Assembly (NCBI GenBank): GCA_001794605.1
Contig: MGKD01000013.1
Coordinates: 13,463 to 77,462, forward strand
DNA: 64,000 nucleotides
Source of the DNA: Candidatus Yanofskybacteria bacterium RIFCSPHIGHO2_12_FULL_45_19b
GTDB taxonomy: Bacteria; Patescibacteriota; Minisyncoccia; 2-02-FULL-40-12; IGHO2-12-FULL-4
Direction: 5' to 3'
Made by a program: the position numbers and the translations under genes. Below are positions 7,444 to 16,449 of the stretch, piece by piece. Below the pieces are notes generated by a model, which ran no database searches, was not told the DNA's origin, and saw only the letters and a program-made list of their open reading frames with translations. Every line of letters begins with the position of its first letter. The first letter of the stretch is position 1.

Positions 7444-10400
7444 ATGAGTCAATTATCAACAAAAGGAACGAGAGCGGTTTTAATCAAAACTGCCTCAGTT
7501 CTCACAGGTGTAGCGACAATATTGTCGTTATCCGGAATCCTGGCTTTTGCCCCAGTGGCAGGTGCCGTGGCTCCGTCCAACTTCGGATTGACTGAGGGCA
7601 ACACGATCAGTGCTGCTGGCTCCGAAGATCCGGATGTCTATATCATTAATGATGCGGGCTACAAGAGATTGTTCTTGAACCCGGCAATCTTTGGCTTCTA
7701 TGGTCACCTCGGTGGCTTTGCCAACATTAAAAATGTTACCCCAGCGACTCGCGATGCCTTCGTAACTTCTGGTCTGTTCCGCAACTGCGAAACCAATGAC
7801 GAAAAAGTTTATGGCGTTGAGACTACTGGTGAGGACACCGGTATGTTGCACTGGGTAAATACTTCTGGTGCGCAGGCCGTTGCAGATGACCCAAATTTCT
7901 TCTTGAAAGTTTTCTGCATCAACAATAATGAGTTCAACTGGTATGCTAAGGGTACAAACTACACCTCAGTAAATCAGGTCCCGAACTATTCCAGAACTCC
8001 TGGTGTTACTCCAACCCCAACCCCATTGGCGGGTTCAGTGAGTGTCAGTCTAGCTCCGAACAATCCAGCCGCTTCTACTACTACGACTAACGCTCAAGGA
8101 GTGGAATACTTGCGAGTGCGTTTGAGTGGTAGTGGTACGGTTAACTCCGTAACGGTCAAGCGCACTGGCGCTGGTTCAGTAGATGACTTTGATAATATTT
8201 ACCTTTACGATGGCGCGCGTCGTCTCGTGACTGGTAAGTCATTGACTTCATCCACTGGCGAGGCAACTTTCAGCAACCTAAGCATTGCAGTGAATGGCTC
8301 TAAAGATATTTCAGTAGTAGCCGATCTTTCTGCTACCGCTGGTAATGTCAACGCCTTCAGCTTAAATGCTCTAAGTCTGACTTCTGGTTCGGTCAGTGGC
8401 CTACCAGTAGGCGGTAATAATCTTTCCGTTTCTGGTGCTACCTCCGGTACCATTACTATGACCAAGGTTGGTTCAATAGGTGATCCAAATGCAGGTCAGC
8501 AGGATGTACAGTTGTCTGAATTTAAGCTGTCGGCTAATACTGAAGCGGCTTCAGTCAGACGCATTCAGATGTTACAGGGCGGTACAGTTAATACCTCTGG
8601 TATCACTGATCTTAAATTGAAGACTGGTTCCAGTGAATGGTCAGGGACTATTGATAGCGCTGGCTATGTTGTCTTCGACCTTGGTTCCGGATTCAGTATT
8701 GTCAAGGGTGGCAATGCCGTCTTTAAGGTTTATGGTGATATTGCTGGCAAGAAAGACGAAACCATTAAGCTCTACTTTGAGTACGCTACTGACATTTTGG
8801 CAGTAGGCGATCAGTATGGCTATGGTATGGCTGTTACTAGTACTACTATGGACGCGGTAAGTGAGGCACATGCCCTTACCCTACAGGGTGGTGTATTAAC
8901 GCTTACCTCTTCTGGTTTAGTGGCATCGGATATCGGTACTGATACCGATGATACGGTCTTCCTACGTTATTCGATCGCTGCAGCCAGTAATGTTGAGATT
9001 CGTAAACATCGTTTAGTTATCAGTAGCGACAAGGGTGGTGATGGCACGTTTGACGATTTCGTCGTTGCGACCAGCACCAGTTTCGCTGATCTCGATGATA
9101 TCAAGGTAATTAATGAAGCTAACGGAGCGGTTCTAATCGGACCGGTTGATGGTAGTTCCTTTGATGAAGTTGGTACTGCAAATAACAGTGCCGGCGGCGC
9201 GGTGGAAGGGGCAATGAACACCTTTAGTGATGTCATTGATCTCTCCGCTGGCCAGACCTTGAGTCTGAAGGTTACCGCCGACGTGAAGACTGGCAACACA
9301 CGCACTGGTTCTGCACTCGTAGCTGGTTCTAAAGTAGCAATCGGTGTCCAGGATTACTCTGATAATGTTGGAGTAACCGAATTGAAATATACTGGCACCA
9401 ACACAGCTTTAGCGGCTGCGGACATTGTGCCAAATGCTAACATTCATGGTCCAACTATGACTTTGACCGCTTCCAGCTTAACTTTAAGCTTGGCCTCTAA
9501 CCCAGCCGACCAGACAGTCGTGCAAGGTAGCCAGAATGTTGATAGCGTTGGTATTATCTTCCAGGCTTCGAATGCTTCTGCCTTGAAAGTAACGAATATT
9601 ACCGTTACCGGTTACTCCGATGCGAATGGCGCCGATGCCTTCGATAAGGGCAGTGCGGGCGATATTGGTTCAATCGTGTCAGCTGTGTCGTTGGTGGAAA
9701 AAGAGAGTGGAACAGTTTTATCCTCTACTCCTTCTGCTAATAACCTGGCGGCTTCTGCCGGTACGATCGTCTTCAATAACCTAAACTGGAACATTCCAGC
9801 GGGTGCGAGTCGGACGCTTATTGTTAGAACTAATCTTCTAAACTTAACTCCGCCGACCAAGGACGAATTTGGCTTCGATATTGCGGCCACGACTGACGTG
9901 ACTGCCATCGACGATTCAAACACCACGGTTAATGCTGGTAATGCCACTCCAAACGGTGCCACCAGTATTACGACTGAAGTAGAGGTAGTCAGTGCTGGTA
10001 ATATCTTTGTTACCGAGTATTTATCCTCGCCTTCTAAAGACAAGCAGGCTATCTACTGGGGTCAGACCGGTGTAGCAGTTTCTACCTTCAATGTCCGTGC
10101 GGCGAAGGAGGGCTTCTACATTGACCGGTTCAACATAGTATCGGCTGATACAGCTGATGCCAAGAATAATGTTGCCGGCGTCTATCTGGAGTATCAGGAC
10201 AAGGCTGGTTCAACTCTTACTGCCGGTCCGTACTCCTTAAGTGGTAGTGTTGCGTCTGTGTCATTTGGTTTCAGTGGTGCAACTCGGCCATATATTCCAA
10301 AAGATCAGTCGCGTCAAGTTGTTGTGAAAATTGATACCATTGGTACTCATCTAGCTGGTGCGACCTCGGCAGTTGACTTTGCGATGAACTTCTCGGGTGG

Positions 10401-11046
10401 TGCTGCGGACGAATTCGAAGCTACCGGCGAGGGTTCATTTGCCAAGGTGCTCGGCAATGATACTACTGGTGACGATACCGATAGTGTAACTGTGTCCAAT
10501 AAGAACATGGTCTATCGTTCGTTCCCGAAGTTTACTAATATCGTCTTGGCTGATGGTGCTGCTAGTGCCAACGCAGTGGTAGGCAAGTTTACCATCACTG
10601 CTATGGGCTACGATGTGCTCTTCAATACGATTAACGTTGCTTCTGGTACGATTACCTTTGACACGGTGGCATCTGGTCAGACGGCTCCAGCCGATCCGAT
10701 GATCACACTGTATGATGATACTACTGGCCTAGTTTATTCTAGTGCTTCGTATGATATCGATACCGTTAATGCTTCTTTGAGCTTCTCGGAATTCCTGAAT
10801 GCCTTAAACATTCCGGCCGGTACCTCAAAGACATTGCGCGTCCAGGGTAACCTAACCGCCTTCAATCGCGCGACTAACACCACCAGTGGTGTGGCCGCTG
10901 ATCACTTTATGCTCGTCCTGCAGGATGAAGCTAATGTGATTAAGTGGGTTGACAGTGCGGGCGTCGATGCCAATCTTGACCAGGCTAATACGGCAGGTTA
11001 TATCAAGAACCTTCCGTTCAATGGACCGAACATGACTGGTCAGTAG
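7444..11046 (+). CDS. giant secreted cell-surface (S-layer-like) protein with multiple Ig-like/beta-sandwich repeats
   Basis: ATG at 7444 gives signal peptide MSQLSTKGTRAVLIKTASVLTGVATILSLSGILAFAPVAGA. Roughly 1200 aa, rich in T/S/G/V/A. N-terminal ~115-aa domain is paralogous to the C-terminus of the 54399-55340 protein. Confidence 0.65.
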   Translation: MSQLSTKGTRAVLIKTASVLTGVATILSLSGILAFAPVAGAVAPSNFGLTEGNTISAAGSEDPDVYIINDAGYKRLFLNPAIFGFYGHLGGFANIKNVTPATRDAFVTSGLFRNCETNDEKVYGVETTGEDTGMLHWVNTSGAQAVADDPNFFLKVFCINNNEFNWYAKGTNYTSVNQVPNYSRTPGVTPTPTPLAGSVSVSLAPNNPAASTTTTNAQGVEYLRVRLSGSGTVNSVTVKRTGAGSVDDFDNIYLYDGARRLVTGKSLTSSTGEATFSNLSIAVNGSKDISVVADLSATAGNVNAFSLNALSLTSGSVSGLPVGGNNLSVSGATSGTITMTKVGSIGDPNAGQQDVQLSEFKLSANTEAASVRRIQMLQGGTVNTSGITDLKLKTGSSEWSGTIDSAGYVVFDLGSGFSIVKGGNAVFKVYGDIAGKKDETIKLYFEYATDILAVGDQYGYGMAVTSTTMDAVSEAHALTLQGGVLTLTSSGLVASDIGTDTDDTVFLRYSIAAASNVEIRKHRLVISSDKGGDGTFDDFVVATSTSFADLDDIKVINEANGAVLIGPVDGSSFDEVGTANNSAGGAVEGAMNTFSDVIDLSAGQTLSLKVTADVKTGNTRTGSALVAGSKVAIGVQDYSDNVGVTELKYTGTNTALAAADIVPNANIHGPTMTLTASSLTLSLASNPADQTVVQGSQNVDSVGIIFQASNASALKVTNITVTGYSDANGADAFDKGSAGDIGSIVSAVSLVEKESGTVLSSTPSANNLAASAGTIVFNNLNWNIPAGASRTLIVRTNLLNLTPPTKDEFGFDIAATTDVTAIDDSNTTVNAGNATPNGATSITTEVEVVSAGNIFVTEYLSSPSKDKQAIYWGQTGVAVSTFNVRAAKEGFYIDRFNIVSADTADAKNNVAGVYLEYQDKAGSTLTAGPYSLSGSVASVSFGFSGATRPYIPKDQSRQVVVKIDTIGTHLAGATSAVDFAMNFSGGAADEFEATGEGSFAKVLGNDTTGDDTDSVTVSNKNMVYRSFPKFTNIVLADGAASANAVVGKFTITAMGYDVLFNTINVASGTITFDTVASGQTAPADPMITLYDDTTGLVYSSASYDIDTVNASLSFSEFLNALNIPAGTSKTLRVQGNLTAFNRATNTTSGVAADHFMLVLQDEANVIKWVDSAGVDANLDQANTAGYIKNLPFNGPNMTGQ

Positions 11047-11090
11047 TCTTAGTCTCGTCTGCTTCTTACTGCGCGTAAGTTCGGACAACC

Positions 11091-11116
11091 AAAAACCGCC
11101 TTCGGGCGGTTTTTGG
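11091..11116 (+). terminator. rho-independent terminator aaaaaccgcc-ttcg-ggcggttttt
   Basis: GC stem with TTCG tetraloop, flanked by an A-run and a T-run (potentially bidirectional). Confidence 0.8.
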
Positions 11117-11155
11117 TTGGTTGAAAACGGATTAGAATTAATCTATGATAAGAAA

Positions 11156-12988
11156 ATGTTTGGTATTTCAAGAGAAAAACTCGGAATGATCGGCCTGCTA
11201 GTTTTAGTAGGCGCGATTATTTATAGCTTCAATTTACATAACCAATTATTTTGGGATGATGCTGACTGGATTGTAAATAACCCCACTGTCCACGCTCTCG
11301 GTTGGGATAATATTAAGTTTTGGTTTTCTCATAATACCTTGGCTGGTATTGGTATGCAGAGTAATTACTATCGCCCCTTTTTATTTTTTACCTTTGCTAT
11401 TAATTATGTAATTTCTGGAGTTAATCCGTTCTCCTACCACCTATTTAGTAATGTTATTCACATTATTAACGGACTGCTAATTTTTCTCCTCTTCTCTAAT
11501 GTTATTAAAAATAAACTGGTTGGATTTATTGCCGCGCTACTCTTTTTAGTGCACCCGATTGCTACTGAGGCGGTTACCTATATTGCTGGTCGGGGCGATC
11601 CACTCTATGTATTTTTTACACTTCTAGGACTCTGGCTTTTTTACAGCGCCGAGAGTAAAAAACTGGGTTGGCCCGGTGTTACAACTTCCAGTAGTGGTCT
11701 GATCGCTGGAAAGAAAAATCTGGAAGTTGTAACACCGGGTTGGCTTAGTTGGCAAAAAATCGTCTCTTTAGTGGTCCTAGTTTTAGGTCTTTTGAGCCGA
11801 GAGGTAGCTATTGTTTTTCCTCTGCTAGCCCTTATTTTTTCGATAGCCTTCTTGGAGACGGGGACTTTTATTCGTTCAATCCTCAATTCGCTAAAAAGAA
11901 CCTGGCCTTACTTTGGAGTGGTTTTTGTTTATGGCATTCTACGTCTCACTCTGCTTAACTTTAACAATACCCTAAACTTTTATACTACTCCCAATATCTA
12001 CTCAGAGAACTTGCCCGTGCGCCTATTTACTTTTATGCACGCTTTGTTTGATTACTTTGGAATACTGTTTGTACCGATCAAATTACACATGGAGCGAAGC
12101 GTACCGATTCACCTCTCGCCGTTCGATTGGCCAGTCTGGGCGGTGATTCTACTGTCAGCCGGTGCTATCTATGGATTGTATCGTTTGTATAAAAAGGATC
12201 GCGGGGAGAGGACTTTCCGATTCTGGTTCTTTGTTTTTGGCTGGTTCTTTGTCGCTTTGGGGCCGGTGTCCGGGATTACGCCGATCAATGCCCAGATCTA
12301 TGAACATTGGCTCTACCTTCCCGCCGTCGCAATTTTCTTGGCAGTTGGTTATGGTTTTAGTTGGTTGTTGAATTTTTTGTCCACCAATCGTAAAGGGCTC
12401 CGACGTTTGATGGTTGGGACGTTTGCGCTATATATTGGTTGGCTTTCTTATCAGTCTATCCAGCGTAATATTGTTTGGGGCAAGCCGATTGAATTTTATC
12501 AAGATATTTTAACCTACGAACCGGATAGTGTGCGGATAAATAATAATCTGGGCAATCGGTATTATGATGAAGGCAATATTGATCGGGCTGAATATTACTA
12601 TCAACGTGCGGTGGAGAGTGAAGATATCTTTCCCCAGCCGCACTATAATCTGGGCACCATTTTACAGGCCAGGGGCGATAACCATGGTGCGATAGAGGAG
12701 TATAAAAAGGCACTTTTGATAAATCCTTATTTCCACTATCCCTACCAAAATTTAGCCCACCTCTATGCCCAGCAAGGGGATTTAGTTAAAGCCAGAGAAT
12801 TACTCGAGCAATTAGAAAAAATACGCCCTAACGATCCAGTAACCTACTACTCTTTGGCGGCGGTGCACCAGGCACAGGGTAACTATGTGCAGGCCAGGGC
12901 TTATGCTGAAAAGGGCCTACTCTATGCCCCTCCGAACAGTAAGGTGAGGCAGGCACTAGAGGAGATATTGACCCAGCTAAATAAGTAA
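11156..12988 (+). CDS. TMTC-like polytopic membrane protein with C-terminal TPR repeats (GT-C-type protein O-mannosyltransferase-like)
   Basis: N-terminal multi-TM region with H..N.LLF..N and ALLFLVHPIATEAVTYIAGR motifs. C-terminal TPRs (NNLGNRYYDEGNIDRAEYYYQRAVE...). Confidence 0.6.
   Translation: MFGISREKLGMIGLLVLVGAIIYSFNLHNQLFWDDADWIVNNPTVHALGWDNIKFWFSHNTLAGIGMQSNYYRPFLFFTFAINYVISGVNPFSYHLFSNVIHIINGLLIFLLFSNVIKNKLVGFIAALLFLVHPIATEAVTYIAGRGDPLYVFFTLLGLWLFYSAESKKLGWPGVTTSSSGLIAGKKNLEVVTPGWLSWQKIVSLVVLVLGLLSREVAIVFPLLALIFSIAFLETGTFIRSILNSLKRTWPYFGVVFVYGILRLTLLNFNNTLNFYTTPNIYSENLPVRLFTFMHALFDYFGILFVPIKLHMERSVPIHLSPFDWPVWAVILLSAGAIYGLYRLYKKDRGERTFRFWFFVFGWFFVALGPVSGITPINAQIYEHWLYLPAVAIFLAVGYGFSWLLNFLSTNRKGLRRLMVGTFALYIGWLSYQSIQRNIVWGKPIEFYQDILTYEPDSVRINNNLGNRYYDEGNIDRAEYYYQRAVESEDIFPQPHYNLGTILQARGDNHGAIEEYKKALLINPYFHYPYQNLAHLYAQQGDLVKARELLEQLEKIRPNDPVTYYSLAAVHQAQGNYVQARAYAEKGLLYAPPNSKVRQALEEILTQLNK
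11673..11744. mobile_element. MITE-like in-frame 72-bp insertion: 20-bp perfect inverted repeats flanked by 8-bp direct repeat GGGTTGGC
   Basis: IR arms cccggtgttacaacttccag (11672-11691) and ctggaagttgtaacaccggg (11720-11739). Direct repeats at 11665-11672 and 11737-11744. 72 bp = 24 codons, and the reading frame is kept. Confidence 0.55.
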
Positions 12989-13003
12989 CTAGAATAAGAG
13001 AAT

Positions 13004-13492
13004 ATGAATAAAAAGATAATGCTGGGAATTATAGTAGTGCTAGCACTGACAGGGGTTGGCCTTTTTGTCTATCAGCAGGGTAGCTCTGATCCCCAAATCA
13101 GTCCCACCGCTACCCCACCAGAGGGCGTACCGACCGGAATCAGTAATGTTCGCCCAGAGTGTCAATTGAGTGGCAGAATCGTTTTTATTGCTGATAAGCT
13201 AACGCGCAGTGATGGGGCCAGTTTCGTATACCAGGGGGTGATGGATTCGCATGATACTCTCAATTGGTCAATCAATCCAGCAGAGGATGTGAGGGTTGGT
13301 CCTAATCGTTTTTCCGCGATACCATTGCCGAATGGTAAGGAAACCCCAACCATCGCTTTTAACCAAGGGAAACCCAGTCTTACTACTTATAAACTAAGTG
13401 CCTCGATTGATTACCCTTACGTGGTAAATAATAAGGTAGAGGTGCTTAATCAAAAGTGTACTGGTACGATTGAAGTAAAGATTGCTTATTAA
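13004..13492 (+). CDS. hypothetical N-terminally membrane-anchored/secreted protein
   Basis: Single N-terminal hydrophobic helix. No recognisable domain. Confidence 0.4.
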   Translation: MNKKIMLGIIVVLALTGVGLFVYQQGSSDPQISPTATPPEGVPTGISNVRPECQLSGRIVFIADKLTRSDGASFVYQGVMDSHDTLNWSINPAEDVRVGPNRFSAIPLPNGKETPTIAFNQGKPSLTTYKLSASIDYPYVVNNKVEVLNQKCTGTIEVKIAY

Positions 13493-13494
13493 TT

Positions 13495-15150
13495 ATGAGT
13501 TGGGTGCGCTACTTGCAAAGACATCAGCTATTTTCAATAATGCTGGTGTCTTTAGTTTTGTCCTTTATAATTTTTGGCAATGGTATAAAAGGAGGCTTTG
13601 TCTTAGATGACACTGTGGTGGTGGAAAAACGAGGAGAGCTTAGAAAGCTGGAGAATTTTTTTACGCTGTTTATCTCACCTTATCATCAGAATGCTCCCTA
13701 TACCGGGCTATTTAGGCCAGTGACTATGGCTTCGTATGCCTTAAATTTCGCGCTACTTGGTCGTGGCCCGAGTGGTTTCCATTTGGTCAATATTATTTTG
13801 CATGCGCTTAATGTCGTTTTAGTGTTTGTGGTTACGCATAAATTGCTAAAGCATAAAAGACCGGCTATTTTTGCGGCACTGTTGTTTTTGGCGCATCCTT
13901 TACATGTTGAGGCGGTTACCTCGATCGTTGGTAGGGCTGAGTTGTTGGCTTTTTTAGGGAGCTTGTTGGCAATTATTTTTGCTTTAGAGCGTCGTTGGTG
14001 GTGGATGATTTTGGCGTTTTTCTTGGCGATTCTAAGCAAGGAAAGCGCCTTAGCGGTCTTGCCAATAATTCTCTACTTATGGCGTTGGCAACAAGGGCAA
14101 AGCTGGTCCTGGCTAGTTAAGAATAGTTCTCGCTTTTTGTTAGCCCTTGCCCCATATTTTTTGTTGCGCTACCTAGCGCTTGGCCAGTACTTATTTAAGT
14201 CTGGCTCCGTTAGTTTTGTGGAAAATCCTTTAAAATTTATGGATCTAGGAGAGCGTATTGCTAATGCTCTAATGGTATTCTGGCTTTATTTAACTAAATT
14301 ATTTTGGCCGGTTAAACTTTCGGCGGACTATTCTTACAACAGTATTCCCCTGGTGAAAAACTTGTTAACTTCTTGGCAGGCTAGTGTTGGTTTGGTTTTG
14401 TTGCTAGGCCTGATTGGCTTGCTGGTTTTTAAAAGAAAGGTTGGTTATGGCCAAGCGGCCGGAATTTTTGTTTTCCCTTATTTGGTTGTTGCCAATTTAT
14501 TTTTTCCAGTTGGTACGATTATGGGGGAGCGTCTGCTGTATCTACCCTCACTAGGAGTTATTATAATGGTGGCTTGGTTGCTGGAGCAAGGGTTATCTAA
14601 ATTATCTACCCGGCGCTATCAAAAATTTTTTTACGGTGGATTGGCAGTTGTTTTGTTAGTTTTAAGTTACCTAACTATCCAGCGTAATCAAGTCTGGCAA
14701 TCAAACGCGAGCTTGTTGAGTGCGGTTTCACAAGTTAATCCGAATAGCGTCATTGCTCAGACTGGGTTGGCAGCCATTGCCTTAACTAAAGATGACTTAA
14801 CTGAAACAACTAAAAGATTGGCGATTGCTAATACTATTTATCCAGGCTATGCTCCACTGCAGAATCTGCAAGGTATTGTCGCAGTTAAGACCGGAAATTT
14901 GGTGGCGGCCGAAAAGCATTACCTACGGGCAGTTGAACTGAATCCTCGTTCACTAAACGCTTACAACAACCTAGTCAGTCTTTATCTTTCCCAAAAAAAC
15001 TATACGCGGGCGGCACAGTACTTAGAAAAGGTAATTCAACTCAGTCCCACGCAAGAACAGGTAACACGTTATGGCCAGGTTTTATTAATGCTCGGTCGTA
15101 GTGAAGAGGCGGCTAGAATGATTGACTGGGCCAAAAAAATGGTAAAATAA
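13495..15150 (+). CDS. TMTC-like polytopic membrane protein with C-terminal TPR repeats (paralog of 11156-12988)
   Basis: Shares H..N..LH..N and AALLFLAHPLHVEAVTSIVGR motifs with the upstream paralog. C-terminal TPRs. Confidence 0.6.
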   Translation: MSWVRYLQRHQLFSIMLVSLVLSFIIFGNGIKGGFVLDDTVVVEKRGELRKLENFFTLFISPYHQNAPYTGLFRPVTMASYALNFALLGRGPSGFHLVNIILHALNVVLVFVVTHKLLKHKRPAIFAALLFLAHPLHVEAVTSIVGRAELLAFLGSLLAIIFALERRWWWMILAFFLAILSKESALAVLPIILYLWRWQQGQSWSWLVKNSSRFLLALAPYFLLRYLALGQYLFKSGSVSFVENPLKFMDLGERIANALMVFWLYLTKLFWPVKLSADYSYNSIPLVKNLLTSWQASVGLVLLLGLIGLLVFKRKVGYGQAAGIFVFPYLVVANLFFPVGTIMGERLLYLPSLGVIIMVAWLLEQGLSKLSTRRYQKFFYGGLAVVLLVLSYLTIQRNQVWQSNASLLSAVSQVNPNSVIAQTGLAAIALTKDDLTETTKRLAIANTIYPGYAPLQNLQGIVAVKTGNLVAAEKHYLRAVELNPRSLNAYNNLVSLYLSQKNYTRAAQYLEKVIQLSPTQEQVTRYGQVLLMLGRSEEAARMIDWAKKMVK

Positions 15151-15156
15151 ATCGAT

Positions 15157-16449
15157 ATGAAATACTGGAAAATCAGCCTAGCTAGTGTGGTAATTGTTGC
15201 CGTATTGGTCTGGGGTTTTTGGGGTCGACTAGCTGGTTTCGGCCGCTTTTTAGGCCTTTTGCGGGGTGAAAATTCTAATATTAATCTGACCGGCCTAACC
15301 TTGCCAAGTGGCTTTAAGCTTGAGGTAGTAGTTAAGAATCTAAACAAACCGCGCGTTATTGTTTTTGACGCAAAAGAGCGCATGTTGGTGAGCGAGTTAG
15401 GCGCCAATCAGATAACTATTTTTGAGCCGGGAGCGGACGGTAAATTAGTTGGACGTATCCTGATAGAAAAACTACGTTCTCCACACGGGCTAGCTTTTTA
15501 TACTGACCAAAAAAAGAAGGTTACCTATCTATATGTAGCGGAAAGTTATCAGGTAGTGCGTTATATTTATAATGTTGCTAGTGGTTCGGTAGTTGTCAGT
15601 AGCGCGGAAAATATCGCAAACTTTTCTGATACCGGTTTGCACATAACGCGAACTATTGCTTTCGGTCCTAATTTTAGAACCACCCCAATTGTTAAAGGTT
15701 ATCTGGATAGAGAAACCCAGTTGGCCAATAAGTTGTATGTTAGCGTTGGTTCTTCTTGTAATGTTTGCGTGGAGGAAAGTTGGAAACGCGGAGCAATTTT
15801 GGAAGCCGACCCGGAGGGCACTTTTCTGGCTGAGTTTGCTGGTGGCTTACGCAATTCGGTTTTCTTTACCTTCCACCCGAAGACTGGACAGCTTTGGGCA
15901 ACTGAAATGGGGCGCGACAATTTAGGAGATAAACTACCACCCGATGAAATTAATATTGTGAAAGTGGCGAATGTTGAAACCCCGTTTGGGGCCAGGCGTT
16001 ATGGTTGGCCCTTTTGTTACGGCGATAAGATAAAAGATAGTACTTTTAATCCAGCTCCTTTCCAGCGCACTGATGTACCAAAGGATTGTACTAAAACTGA
16101 ATCATCTTATCTTGATATTCCGGCTCACTCTGCGCCCTTGGGACTGGCTTTTATCACTGATCCAACTTGGCCGACCGAATGGCAAGATGATCTTTTGGTA
16201 GCTTATCATGGGTCATGGAATAGTACTGCTCCAGTGGGTTACAAAATTGTTAGGTTTGTTTTAGCTGCCGATGGAAATATTACGAAAGACGTAGCTGGTC
16301 AACCGCAGGTGGAAGATTTTATCACCGGCTGGCTTAGTAATGGCAAGGTTTCAGGGCGTCCAGTAGATCTAAAGTTCCATGCTGGCAGTTTATTCATTTC
16401 TGACGATTATTCCGGAGTGATATACAAAGTAAGTCGTGTCTCACAATAA
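15157..16449 (+). CDS. membrane-anchored soluble-quinoprotein glucose/sorbosone dehydrogenase (GSDH) family beta-propeller
   Basis: GGLRNSVFFTFHPKTGQLWATEMGRDNLGDKLPPDEINIV and YGWPFCYG motifs typical of the GSDH family. N-terminal TM. Confidence 0.6.
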   Translation: MKYWKISLASVVIVAVLVWGFWGRLAGFGRFLGLLRGENSNINLTGLTLPSGFKLEVVVKNLNKPRVIVFDAKERMLVSELGANQITIFEPGADGKLVGRILIEKLRSPHGLAFYTDQKKKVTYLYVAESYQVVRYIYNVASGSVVVSSAENIANFSDTGLHITRTIAFGPNFRTTPIVKGYLDRETQLANKLYVSVGSSCNVCVEESWKRGAILEADPEGTFLAEFAGGLRNSVFFTFHPKTGQLWATEMGRDNLGDKLPPDEINIVKVANVETPFGARRYGWPFCYGDKIKDSTFNPAPFQRTDVPKDCTKTESSYLDIPAHSAPLGLAFITDPTWPTEWQDDLLVAYHGSWNSTAPVGYKIVRFVLAADGNITKDVAGQPQVEDFITGWLSNGKVSGRPVDLKFHAGSLFISDDYSGVIYKVSRVSQ

